Part shown: positions 14,101-26,408 of the stretch, piece after piece | Layout: every line of letters starts with the position of its first letter | How positions within the stretch are numbered: position 1 is the first letter of the stretch | Origin: Trichoplax sp. H2 | Lineage: Eukaryota | Assembly: GCA_003344405.1 (NCBI GenBank) | Contig: NOWV01000022.1 | Coordinates: 372,001-436,000 of the forward strand | Reading direction: 5' to 3' | Length of the DNA stretch: 64,000 nt | The notes under the pieces: generated by a model | The model's database searches: none | What the model saw: the letters and a program-made list of their open reading frames with translations, nothing else | Told to the model about the DNA's origin: nothing | Position numbers and translations under genes: made by a program

Positions 14101-14299
14101 ATGCACAGTAGAATGCACAATCTATATCATGGCCTTTCCTAAAACTGTATTTGAACCTGTACAGTGTTTTAATGGCCTAGTGGATAATAATGGTTCTAAA
14201 CATCAATAAAATGATTCTTTTCCTACCTTGATCTTCTAGCAAAGCATCCTGATCCACCGATGATCCTAAATTGTGCATAGCTACAGGGGTGGTCTCCAT
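8122..14299 (-). CDS. SVOP: SVOP-like (SV2-related) MFS transporter, copy A, 16 coding exons
   Basis: Exons 14299-14227, 12271-12183, 11477-11379, 11281-11210, ~11043-10919, ~10664-10602, ~10501-10376, ~10300-10172, 10042-9969, ~9849-9779, ~9627-9533, ~9363-9252, ~9055-8974, ~8659-8568, ~8336-8223, 8145-8122. Motifs: [63 protein letters not shown]. No frame disruption seen. Confidence 0.9.
13100..13840. repeat. Degenerate ~190-bp tandem repeat (about 4 copies) in SVOP-A intron 1
   Basis: Recurring tgact...gaaa...ttttaaaaa...gaataatgaaatt...ccaaat(a/c)g(g/a)gattg...tcatt(t/c)cttag, with copies at ~13105, 13290, 13467 and 13691. Confidence 0.7.
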
Positions 14300-15038
14300 T
14301 GATGAAATAATAGCGAAATGATAGGAAAAAAGAAACCGTGTGTGTGGATGTAAATATATGCGTATTCGACTCTGTTAATAGAATGCAAGCTAGACTTATT
14401 TGCTGTGGAAGATTGACTATAACTTTTTTACTTAAAATTGAATTTCTTTATTATTCTGCCAACTCGATAGCTATAGTATCGTAATCTATTGGTGAGCGCT
14501 ATCAGTTACAGTTAATCAACATCCTTGAACGGCATCACTTGAATGCCAGAACCAACAAGTTTGAAGTATCATGTAGAAAGAATGTTCTAATCAAAAATCA
14601 GCTAAAGCAAATCCTCTCCGGATAGAAACTGCTACAGTCCAGGTCCAAATCGCAATTTCGCTGGCAAAATCTTTAACGATGACTGAATACACAACCTTAC
14701 CACTAGTGAATTAGAGTAGTGTTACTATAGATTAGCGCCTAGCAATTGGAAAATGTTTTGATTGACTGATTTATTGATTGAATGTGTTAATGACTTTTAT
14801 TACTCTTTTTACTCTCTTACTTTAGTTACGTAAATAAATAAATAAATATATCCACTCTCGTATGTTACACACCTACTATGCAGCATACGCTTAGAACACT
14901 GTATCGTACTACATACAGACTATGGTACTAAAAAGAAATGGTCACACACTGTGCACTTGCAAACAGTAGTAGACGAGAGGTAAGAACGCGTTGCCAGTGG
15001 ACAATTAGGATTGAAAGAAAAAATCAGAACGCAAAGTA

Positions 15039-15763
15039 AAAGTCTCTAACGCCTCCTTTCCTTAATAATATAGAGTAATTAGATACTGGTAGGATAGGTA
15101 AAAGAAATTATGCAAGGATTTTAGGCAAAAATGACAGAAACTAGCTTACACTCTCTCTGTATTGACAGTCGGCATCATAGCCCTAGCAGTGGATCGCATA
15201 CTCGAACTTCTTGAAGTATCCAATTAGTAATAAAGTAGTTTCTTCTAATCATGTCGTGGCTTAGAAAACCCTAGCTCAGAGCTTTGCTAACCCAAACCGC
15301 TATGAGTTCACTGTTCAATAGTTTCGTTAAACCTTAATAATAATATACAGTAAATAGATACTGGTAGGATTGGTAAAAGAAATTATACAAGGATTCTGGG
15401 CAAGAATGATAGGAACTAGCCTACACACTTTCTGTATTGACAGTCGGCATCGTAGTGGATCGCATACTCGAACTTCTTAAAGTCTCTAACGTCTCCTTTC
15501 CTTAATAATATACAGTAATTAGAGACTGGTAGGATAGGTAAAAGAAATTATACAAAGATTCTGGGCAAAAATGGCAGGAACTAGCTTACACACTCTCTGT
15601 ATTGACAGCCGGCATCATAGCCCTAGCAGTGGATCATATACTCGAACTCCTTGACTATCCAATTAGTAATAAAATAATTTCTTCTAATCATGTCGTGGCT
15701 TAAGGAAGCCCTAGCTAAGACTTTTGCTAACCCAAACCGCTATGAGATTCACTGTTCAATAGT
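15039..15763. repeat. High-identity tandem repeat of a ~290-bp unit (two full copies and one internally deleted copy) between SVOP-B and SVOP-A
   Basis: ag(a)tactggtaggat(a/t)ggtaaaagaaattat at ~15081, 15356 and 15521. tttgctaacccaaaccgctatgag at ~15283 and 15723. Confidence 0.92.
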
Positions 15764-16715
15764 TAAGTCATCGGTGGCGGATTAAATCTGATCTCACTGC
15801 TCTACTATACTGTACATTCGGTGTGTACAATCATAAACTGGCATCTTTCTACTCAGAGGTTGGTACACCATGATGTAGAAAGCAAGAAATTGAATGTACA
15901 CAGTACTGTAAATCGCTTAGTTGTGATTGCGTACTGATGTAAAATATGGAAATGCATTTGGTATGGTACGCTAAGTTAACATTATAAAATAATAAGTATA
16001 AGTACAATATATCTGAATTAAGTGCATAGATATCTAACATGGCAACAGCCTTACTTAACCGTAGCTCAGTAACATTATATATATAACATTCATCTGCATA
16101 GCGTGATCAAGGACTGCAATCTTCTCCAACTGATATGGACACGTAAAATCGTCTACAAATGGCAGACTCGTCAATTTAATCAAAATATCATGCATTCCAG
16201 CAAGAGTTGATCGTAACCGATAGCTAGTTATTTCCGCCATCAAGCTAGACAAACAAACATCATTATACGAAACGACCATTCAATAGAATAAAATGAAATT
16301 ATTTTAATGGCGAAAATTGTATCTGCCAAAGATAAAACGATTTAAAGGATATCAATATTCAAAATTTTAGTACTCCCTTGTATTGCCCTCTCTGGTGAAA
16401 ATTGAATAGCTGGGTTGATTTAAGTTACTATCATAAATATATTCGTAAATTAGCTATGCAAACACAGAATGGCCTTTGATCATGGATGATATTACGCAGC
16501 TTAATTAAACGAAGCACAAATAAGTATTAGTTTAAAGTATGAGTAGTGATAAATAATCAGTTCATGGGTATTATTATACTAGAATATAAATATCAATTTC
16601 ATAGATCAGGCTTGATAGCAAGTGGTCCACTTCATTTAATAATTAATATATCATAATATTTCATAGTTTTTTGGACTCCTAGTAAATGCATAATATGAAA
16701 ATATGTAGAAGAACA

Positions 16716-19700
16716 TTAGACAATATAGTAAATATCAGATTGTTTTTTCTACGTAAAAAGTATCTCATTACGAAATATCGCCATGAAGTTGCAAAGTCGA
16801 CAATAATTATACTATGGCTAGAACAGCATGATAAATTAATGACAAACCCGCATATTGAGTCCTTGAGTCTCTATTGGAAGAAGGATAGCAGAAATAGCCC
16901 CCATGCAAGAAATGAACGCGTAAATGCATAGTGCTAAGATATCAGATACTGGTAGCATTACCTAAAAGATTAGAAAATATGGTAAATTAAAGCTTCAGTT
17001 AATTGATTAATATCTGAGAGGGCAATTCTACCTTAGCTCTCTTTAGTACAAATCACTTTTGCCAATATTATTGCATTTTTTTATAAATGATAATCTTAGT
17101 AAAGGCGTACAGTCTATAGGTACAATATTTAAGAATTAATCAAGATCCAATTTTCATTTATAAAAATTGTTTTGCTAAGACCTGAGCTAGAAACGGGGTA
17201 ACCATTGCGCCAATACGAGCGAAACTGCTGCAAAGTCCAAGTCCTATAGCTCTAAATGTTGTAGGATAAACCTGTACTCAAAACAATTAGGAAAGCAAAT
17301 TACATTAGCTTACATAACCGGTGTAGTATTTTATCCCCAAAACCCAGGCAATTACGGGCGGTTAATATAATTGGAAATAGAATTTATAGTTAAGTATCGT
17401 ACTAAAATGTGATAATAATTACTATTATTATTATTTTGTTTTATTCTTACGTTATACCATTCTGCTACATTTCGATTTCTAATTTACCAAAGCAATGTAA
17501 CAAACTTATAATATTGAGAAGTCTGTAGGTTGCCATTTATGGACTGATATTATTGATTAATTATAGCAAGAGCTTATTTAACAATTTTAACAAAATTACC
17601 TCAGGTGTATAGACATAGGCTACTTGGAAGGCTGCGGAAATAAGTGCTCGAATACAAAATATAAGAACTGTTTTCGTTACCCTATAGTCACCACCAAAAT
17701 TGATATATACAATATATATATATGAAAGAAGGGAAGTTATTTAAAGGATATATCTATATATAAAAGTTATAATTCTATGCACTTTTATATATAATTAACC
17801 TTAAATTTTGACTTTTAAAGAATTACTACAATAGCAAAATTATACGTTCTCTTCAGTAATAATATTACCTTGTACTACAAATTATTAGCATGAAAAGAAA
17901 CACCGCAGAGAGTAAAAATTGCAAACAAAGAGTCCTCTTTCTTCCTAATTTCTCAACCACCAGGAACGCAAATATCATACCTTCGGAAACAGCATTGTAC
18001 TAAATAACTGATATTTGATCAACAGCAGGTAACTAATTGCATAATTTTTTTTAATGCAGTAAAATAAATCATTTGTTTTGTTGTTTATACCTTTTATGTA
18101 AACTTGTCAAGTATCGTAATAGTACTCACCGGGAAATTCAGCAATGGTCGTAATAACAATATTGCGATAATCATCACTTGATAATGGCTTACATATGCAA
18201 CTACGATTAGAACTATCTCTACTCCCTACAATGTCATTCAATAATATAATAATATGATTGATACCTAGAAAAAATACTTTATGAAATAAATAAAATATTA
18301 TGTATTTCGAGGAATAAAATCATTTAGAAACTGGTTATTTAGGAATAGTAAACAGAATTTTACCACATCTATCCACCGTGTACAACACTGGAGTCATTAA
18401 AATAATTCCATAATATAATGTTGCAGCGGAAAGCCTAGCGTATTCAAAGCAAACAGCATTATAAGAATGATACTGCCCCTTTTATTTATCTTAAAATTTA
18501 AGGTAAATTTAAGAGCTATGTCATGGAATCATTCACACATCACTCATGTTATTCGTTTTCATCGTACTACTTTTATAAATAAATGATAGTTACCAAATAG
18601 ACCACATCAACAGCGTTGTTTTGGTATAAGGGGCTTTCAGCAAGTCCCAAATTTGTCCACGCGTTTCCTAAACAGATAGTCATTATATTTATTTAAATTT
18701 GTACGGTATTTATCCAATGAAATAGCTCTGAGCTTCCCATCAATATATAGGAAATTTATTTAGTGTAAACTGCTACTAATAACTCAAAATACCTTCTCTT
18801 ACCTTACTGGGTAACTTTATATCTTTATTATGCCAAAGCTTTCTGTTCACTCTCGCAATGCTACGCAAAATTAATATTGCTTTTGAACGTTGACCAGATA
18901 TTAACAAATATCGTGGTGACTCGGGAATAATCTATTATTAATTTAATTGTAGTAATTTAGATAGAGCATTTTAAAAATTGATAACATTCATATATCTATA
19001 GCATACCTTATACATAAAGCAGAAAGCAAGGCATGGTAAGCTAGAAAAAGCTACGAGGTATCTCCAGCCAAGGGTAGGCATAACAATTAAGGCTAGGATA
19101 ACCTCAAAATTGGCTCCCAGTGACGAGAATAACTGAGAGATCATAAAAATATGTATAAATGTAGTTGGTAGCAGATATATCGATAGTCAATTATTATCGC
19201 TAAGTAAATCTCTTAACCAAACGAAAATTTAAAAACCTTACTTGGAGAAAGACAACCGACCTAGCTCGAGTTTTGACGGGCAAGAATTCGCTATAAAGTG
19301 TAACTCTTTAGATTCATGAAAAAATATGCATGCGGATATACATTAATTTGATAAGTAATCAAGTTTAATCATATAACATTAAATTTACATAGGTACACAT
19401 ATAGTTAGGTTATCAATTATTAAAGCGATAATATATATACTCGTATTTATAACTGTATCTTACGCTTGTGCGGAACCTGATATGCCAAAACCAGCTAATC
19501 CTCTTGTAAGTACAATCCAGAAATAACTAGGAGACATTGCACATAACAGCCCATAAAAAAAAGTCCAAAATGTGGAAAGCAATAACCCCTGAATGAAATA
19601 TCGATGTCGGTAATATTATTGTTAATAATTAGTAGGAGTTCTATTATCGAATATCTGCGTCAAATCTAAACCTACTCTTACATGTTAATACAAATTATCT

Positions 19701-21303
19701 TAAAGTCTTAGATATCTATTTTTAATACGCGTATTAGCAGTATAGTACTCGTAGTATTATTATTAAATGACTCATTACTGATTTATATATGAAATAGTCA
19801 TTGTGAGCTAAAATAATAAAGAGATTATCAATAATCTTATATGCATCTAAAATCAATCGATATACCAATTTACGTCCGTAAATATCTGCAATCCAACCCC
19901 AAATAGGTGCTCCAAAACCGAAACCCACAAATACAATCTAGGTATTACAATACTTGATGTTATTTACCCGCAATATCGTTATTGTATGATTTGAACTCGA
20001 ACATTGTATTTATCAATCATAAAAATGATAGCAGCCGATTTTACTGTGGCTATGAAGGCTTCTTCCCATGACGAAAGATGCCACTCACAAAGGAGGATGG
20101 GACCAATAACAGATAGTAGCATCATTTCCATGGCATCGACTACCTGATTGATGCATAAAATATTGACCAGAATTAGATCGTATTTGAACGCTAGTACGGT
20201 ATTCAATATAGTGTATTAATAGGATCATTGATCCCTCTTCAGTAAAGTAAAGTAAAGTTGTAGTCCAAACCTATCAATAAATTTTATTAGGAAATGTTCT
20301 AATAGCACACGAAAGTTTATGAAATGTTATCCATTTAATCATTTTCGACTTAATCATGTTTTCTATCTTTTAATACGTAGTTTAATTACTAGATTATTTT
20401 AAATTATTATAGCACTGTTAAGGATTGATAAATATACTAACCCAAGCACATCCCAATATAAATGTCAGCCGAATTTGATATTTACCAAATCCTAACGAAT
20501 CAATTATCTCTCCAAGTGTGGTTGGATCGTTATCTTCTGATGAGCAAAAGGAACCTCGTTTCAATAATTGTTAGGAATAAAGTTGTAATTTAAAATGCAT
20601 TAACGTAATCAATCTGTTTTTGGCTAATTGTTCTTTACATGCAAAATGTAAATATTGTACGAGTGTTTATGCTTGAAAGACTTCACCAAACCTATAAGGG
20701 TATAATTTGCTTCATGATTCTCAGAAACAAATGGCAAAGAGTCGGTAGCTATGACTAGAAATATCATTGACGAATGGTATAGCTTAAGCATTTCGGCGAT
20801 GCCACGGACTTGTCAATTTTTTTTAAACTTTACAAATCCATGGCGATGCTTACAAGGAACCGACGGCAGTTTATCTCGATAAGATTCAAATAGGTATCGC
20901 ATCTGACTAAGGCTCAATAATAACACATACTAGACAAGGTGCATATCTTAGAATGCGCGATAGACGTGAAGGTAACCTATTTAACATCGAACTAAACATA
21001 CACGCAACATAAACCATCTTAGCTGGTCCATATTCTTAATAGAGATTGATGTATGATAGCAAGTTATACAAGTATATGCGAGGTATAATGCGAGTATATC
21101 ATGATCTCGATAGATATACATGTATGACCTATTTATAGGGCAAAGATGTTTAAGCAACAAAAGGTACTAGTATACTGTACACTATAGTCTAACAAGTGAA
21201 TCAAGCTAAGAAATACTAAAATCGATTTTTCCTTACCTTGATCCCGGAGTAATGAATGAAGCTCAACAGATGATGTCACGTTATTCATTGCTATCGATGT
21301 CAT
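16716..21303 (-). CDS. SVOP: SVOP-like MFS transporter, copy B, 16 coding exons (closest paralog of copy A)
   Basis: Exon 1 21303-21237 reads [22 protein letters not shown]. Exon 2 ~20536-20442 has [18 protein letters not shown] ~20143, ADIYGRK ~19880, PESPRYL ~18920, YTPE ~17605, LLPIETQG ~16870. Last exon ~16748-16716 reads [10 protein letters not shown]. Confidence 0.9.
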
Positions 21304-22320
21304 TATCGTGAATTAAATGACTGGGAAATATTGTAGAACTTTTTTTGTTTTTTTTTTTGCCTTCCTGATCATGCTATACGCGATGGACGTCTACACCTAA
21401 TTTCCTGAGATAGTGCGTGAGCTCTACTAGGATGAGATAGATTAATTGTAATCCTTGGAATGTCCTTTTCAAATCAAATGGAGTCTGTTATAATCTCTTA
21501 CTGATGACTAGTTTATCTACGATCACCGTGGCGAATAATCATTATTAAAATATGTGTATCGTCCTACTAATATACTAACGTAATATCTATATCTGATAAC
21601 TAGAACTACAATCGATAAGTTTATGAGTTATAATCATAGATTATAAATTATCAATATGTTATATTATCAAAATGCTTGCCCAGCAATTTACTTCAATATC
21701 TACAGGATAAAGTACGACGCTGCTATGATATAAAATGATTTGTTACAGTTTTAGCTAGAATCCTGTAAAAGTAGAGTCCGAAGGCTTCTTCGGCATTGCC
21801 TTATAAGATCACTTGATCACTCTGTTGCACTACTACCACTACATTACTCTGCTGTATATAGCTTTTTACTTGGCCTATTCTCCTGATCTCTGCTAATGTA
21901 TGTGTAGATGTACCTACACACTATCTGGTTAGCTTAATATAACAGTATATACAGTACAAGTTTCAATCAAGTCAATTAACTAATAGCAAAAGCGCGAGCT
22001 GTATTTTATGCAAAGAGTCACAGGCCAACCTCAAGATCTACCACGATCACCAGTGTCCTATAATTATTATAATCATGAATTATCTCGAGATGACTATCCC
22101 TAAAATACGTCGAGCCATAGCGAAGATATCTGGCCGAATTAGAGGATAACTACAGTCGATTTAAAGAGTTTTCCAGACTGTAACAGCACTTGATTCAATT
22201 CGTTCAAGGAATAACACAGGATACAACTACCATTAATTAATATTATTATTATTAATATTCTAGCCAGCAGCTCATTAAATAAACAGTCCCTGCTTTCTCC
22301 AATTCTGTGCCATATGGGTG

Positions 22321-22602
22321 TACTAGAGGCCCTTTTAAAGAGACTACTAGAGACCCTATTAAAGAGACTACTAGAGACCCTTTTAAAGAGACTACTAGAG
22401 ACCCATTTATTAAAGAGACTACTAGAGACCCATTTATTAAAGAGACTACTAGAGACCCTTTTATTAAAGAGACTACTAGAGACCCTTTTAAAGAGACTAC
22501 TAGAGACGCTATTAAAGCGACTACTAGAGACCCTTTTATTAAAGAGACTACTAGAGACCCTTTTAAAGAGACTACTAGAGACCCTTTTACCTTAAAGAGA
22601 CT
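22321..22602. repeat. Minisatellite, unit AAAGAGACTACTAGAGACCC(T/A)TTT(ATT), 24 or 27 bp, 10 full copies plus partial copies
   Basis: Directly visible; it explains the periodic ORFs (KETTRDPF / LLKRLLET / GSLVVSL). Confidence 0.97.
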
Positions 22603-23433
22603 CAAAGGATCTCTAGGGCGTACCGGTTACAGTGTGCTGAACAGTCCTGCGCACTTAGAAAGAGTGACGTCAGCTGGGCGGTTAATGTCAATCAAAGCGC
22701 GTCTATCATTTTTCTGGTCATTTTCCTGTACGCTATCTCTGAAACCGTACACCACACTGTACAGTGTATAGCCCAAAACCAACCAGGCAGCTCATTTTGA
22801 AAGTGCGCATTAAGGACAGTATAGTGTATCGTTTCAGCCATACGATTCAATTGAGATGACCAGTCAAATAGTCAGTGCCATTAGTTTATTCCGGTGAACG
22901 ACCGTCGTCTGTCCTTCTGCAACAATTGCTCGCCTCACTTGCCTTTCGTCGTGGACGGATGGACGTTTGGAAATAGACGACACTGGATGGTCCTGACACC
23001 AAGACATTCGCCTCTTCAGCTTAATGAATATGCTATACTATATGCAATAACGAGCATAGGCATTTGCTCGCGTTTCAGCCATAGAGCTAAGTTTTCTATC
23101 GCTGGACCACTCCCAAAATAGACAGTAGCAGCAACAGCATGCGAACGTTAATTAATGCATCGTGGACGAAGAGAATAGGAGCTACAGCAGTAGACAGTCA
23201 ATCTCAATCTCGATCCATTCGACTAGGAAATACTCCAGAAGAATCACTGCCATTATCGTAGACTCTCGATTGTGGAGTGAATTGAACAGCAATACAATCA
23301 TTTAGTCATTGCATACTCTATTACTGATTCTTCGATTGGACTGCAATTCAAGTTACTGCAGTTAGCAGTCAATTGAATAGAAGGGAAAAAGAAATTTCAT
23401 TCGACAATTGAATAATTGCCTTCATTGGTAGCT

Positions 23434-25160
23434 ATGCATCGAACTCGTTTTATTTTGTCGCGTTTTCATATTTTGGGCGCTTCTGTTGCTGTAGGTGTTG
23501 GTCTAACTTATACCATCCATCGTCAATCGCAATATGGTAAAATCAATGCAGCTGTTAAACAACTAGACGATCAAGTATTCCAGCATACACCAACTAAATG
23601 GAATTATAATTGGGATAATCGTCAACCATTGGCCAAGGATGACTCTTCTAAAAATACAGTCATATCATCCGATCAATCTGCAATTCCTACAGCTTCTAGG
23701 ATGATTATTTTGATACGTCATGGTAATTATAATACTCGCGGTTTGGAAGACAGTGATAGGAAATTAACAATTTTAGGTCATCAACAGGCTCATGTCACTG
23801 GTAAAAGACTACAATCAATACTGACAATGCCGGTGGATAACGTCTATTATTCTACCATGACACGAGCTACGGAAACTGCCAACATTATTAATCAATACCT
23901 GAAATATAAACATATACAAAATTGTTCATTAATTGAAGAAGGTGCACCAATCCGTCCAGAACCTCCTCTATCATCCTATCGACCAGATGATTATGTACGA
24001 GTGATAAATTGAATTTGCATTTCTTTAGGTTATAAGTAAGAATATTGGCGTATTATACTAGCACTGTTTTACATCGATCAATACAGTAGTAAGCTTGTAC
24101 TTTTATCGCTATAGCAAGTTAGTCATTCTGATATGCTTGATAAACATAAATACACAACGTATTGACTTTATCATTCTGACTGTTTTCATAGCAGTATAAA
24201 GTTGATCATGCTCGAATAGAAAGTGCTTTCAGGAAATATTTCCACCGAGCTGATGTCGACCAGAAGGAGAATAGCATTGATGTCATCATTTGCCATGCAA
24301 ATGTAATAAGATATTTCGTTTGCAGGTAAGTAACAAGGAGAAAGAATCCTCCTAGAGAAGTTATCGAGTAGCAAATACTAACCAATATACAATATGCATG
24401 CGTACAATGGTACGTTACATAGTCGCAATTGTCCGGGTGGGGGAAATGTCCTGGAGGCAATTGTCCTAGAATCGTTACATAGATAGTAAATAAATATTAA
24501 AATCAATTTCTTCTCTAAATACTACACGCGGCGCTGATGTAACGTTAGCAAGATTAACTAACTTAAATAGCTGTGGACGTTAGTATAGCAGATCCTATAT
24601 TATAATTAGTAGAGACGCCTCATCTATCTTAATGATAATAGCGTTATCGACGAAAAAGAACAGTAAAATATATAAACAATGTATCTATGCCTCGATTGGA
24701 AAGGTTGATGGTAGTATGTGGCACCAGTCAATAAAATTCCCTACTGTGCTAATTAGCAAGTTACGCAGTAGTTACTTGTATGGTGGTGGAAGATGTTTTT
24801 TATTAGTTGCATAGAAAGTGAGGTCTTTCTGTAATTGCTGGTTCTTATCCTACGTTAACAATGAACTCTCAATAAAATTGTAATAAAAAGCTATTACTAT
24901 CCACTGACGTATTAACTGGATTTGAGTTTTATCACAATTAACTTTTAATAAGCTGATATAATAACTTTCATCTGATAAATATAGATAAAATATTCTTATT
25001 TTTTTGCAGAGCTCTCCAACTGCCACCTGAGGCTTGGCTGCGGATTAGTATTGGACACTGTAGTATAACTACAGTTGTAATTCGACCATCTGGTCGTGTA
25101 ACACTGCGTGGTTTAGGAGATATTGGACATGTACCTCCTGATCTCATCTCATTCTCCTAG
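23434..25160 (+). CDS. PGAM5: PGAM5 mitochondrial Ser/Thr/His protein phosphatase, canonical copy 2; exons 23434-23994, 24192-24325, 25010-25160
   Basis: N-terminal basic stretch plus hydrophobic anchor ([24 protein letters not shown]), [75 protein letters not shown] and LGDIGHVPP. Confidence 0.95.
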
Positions 25161-26408
25161 TTATATTCAAGTTTGAATGTTAACTCTTTTGAACGTACAA
25201 TACTTTCAGCATTCTTTTGCTAATGTTAACTTTATTTGTGTAACAAATCCTGTTAATAAGTTTATTCCTGATTGTAAATAACAATTTCAATGTGTGTTAA
25301 AATTTTAACCTCGCCTATGAAATTTACCAAAACTTGACCACGTAGATATTACCTATCTTTCGTTATTACTAATTAATTATATTTGTAGTATCAGTTTCGC
25401 ATTTGCTACTTTAAAGGTGAATACGCAATTATGTGCTCCATATTTTAAATATAATAAAGATGGAAGTATTACCCCGTGCAAAGAATACAGCTGCTATCAT
25501 GCTATCTTGTTGGTAACAATATCCTTAGTACTTTATCTAGTTTTTAACGGAAAATTTTTCAATGGTACCAGTCGAATATAGACCAAAGTAAATAAATAAA
25601 CAATCTCTGATATCCATTCGTATTATGAAATTACATTAATTTCTATTTTATAGCATGCAGATTTTGATACATTAATTTTAGTGTATTCGTCATCCTGACA
25701 TCTAGGTCGATACAATTCGAAAATTGTATTATCAATCGCATAACATACCTGTTAAATAACCCAAAATGCAGCATAATATTTAAAAAATCTATGACACTAC
25801 TGCTGCAGGACGTTTATTTATAAATTTATATGATATGCTACAAAACATTTAAACTGCCATACCCCAAAATAAACGGCAATTTCCAACATAATAATGCCTT
25901 TAGTATTTATTAATTACAATTAGTTTAAACCATGAATTTATGCTATCAGATCACTATTAGTATCTAGCTATTAAGCAAGAATACTTTCTGTACACATCAT
26001 TATCCAATTTAATTTGGTATTAGTATTCAGAGATATTTACTAATAATGCTAATTCAAATAGAATCTATCCATTCACACTTGGTAACTTTTGACCAAATTA
26101 TACCAACATATTATCAACAGTGCCTAAATAGCATTTATCCAGCAGCCCTACTATATATATTGGAAGACAGAATATCTATCTGGTCATTCGTCTAATATGC
26201 TCTGATAGCCCAGAAAAGTATACCATACAAGAACTAGTGGTAAATAATCTCGGAAATCGATTGATTAATTAATTTGTATCTGTGTACTCATTTTTAAATT
26301 TCTGATACGTAGGAATTACGTAAATAAGTGCTTATCATTTGCTCTAATTTTTAATATCGCAAAAGTATTACAATAGCTTCTCTATACAGTGGATCTTGCA
26401 ATTCTGCT

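Noticed and set aside
16055..16279. 74-aa - strand ORF between SVOP-B and SVOP-A
   Set aside because: No recognisable domain or partner exons; BLASTX would be needed to exclude a gene relic.
22321..22602. CRISPR-like array
   Set aside because: Units are contiguous with no unique spacers, there are no cas genes, and the context is eukaryotic.
24186..24460. Two - strand ORFs (62 and 84 aa)
   Set aside because: Antisense to PGAM5-2 exon 2 and its intron; no independent coding signal.
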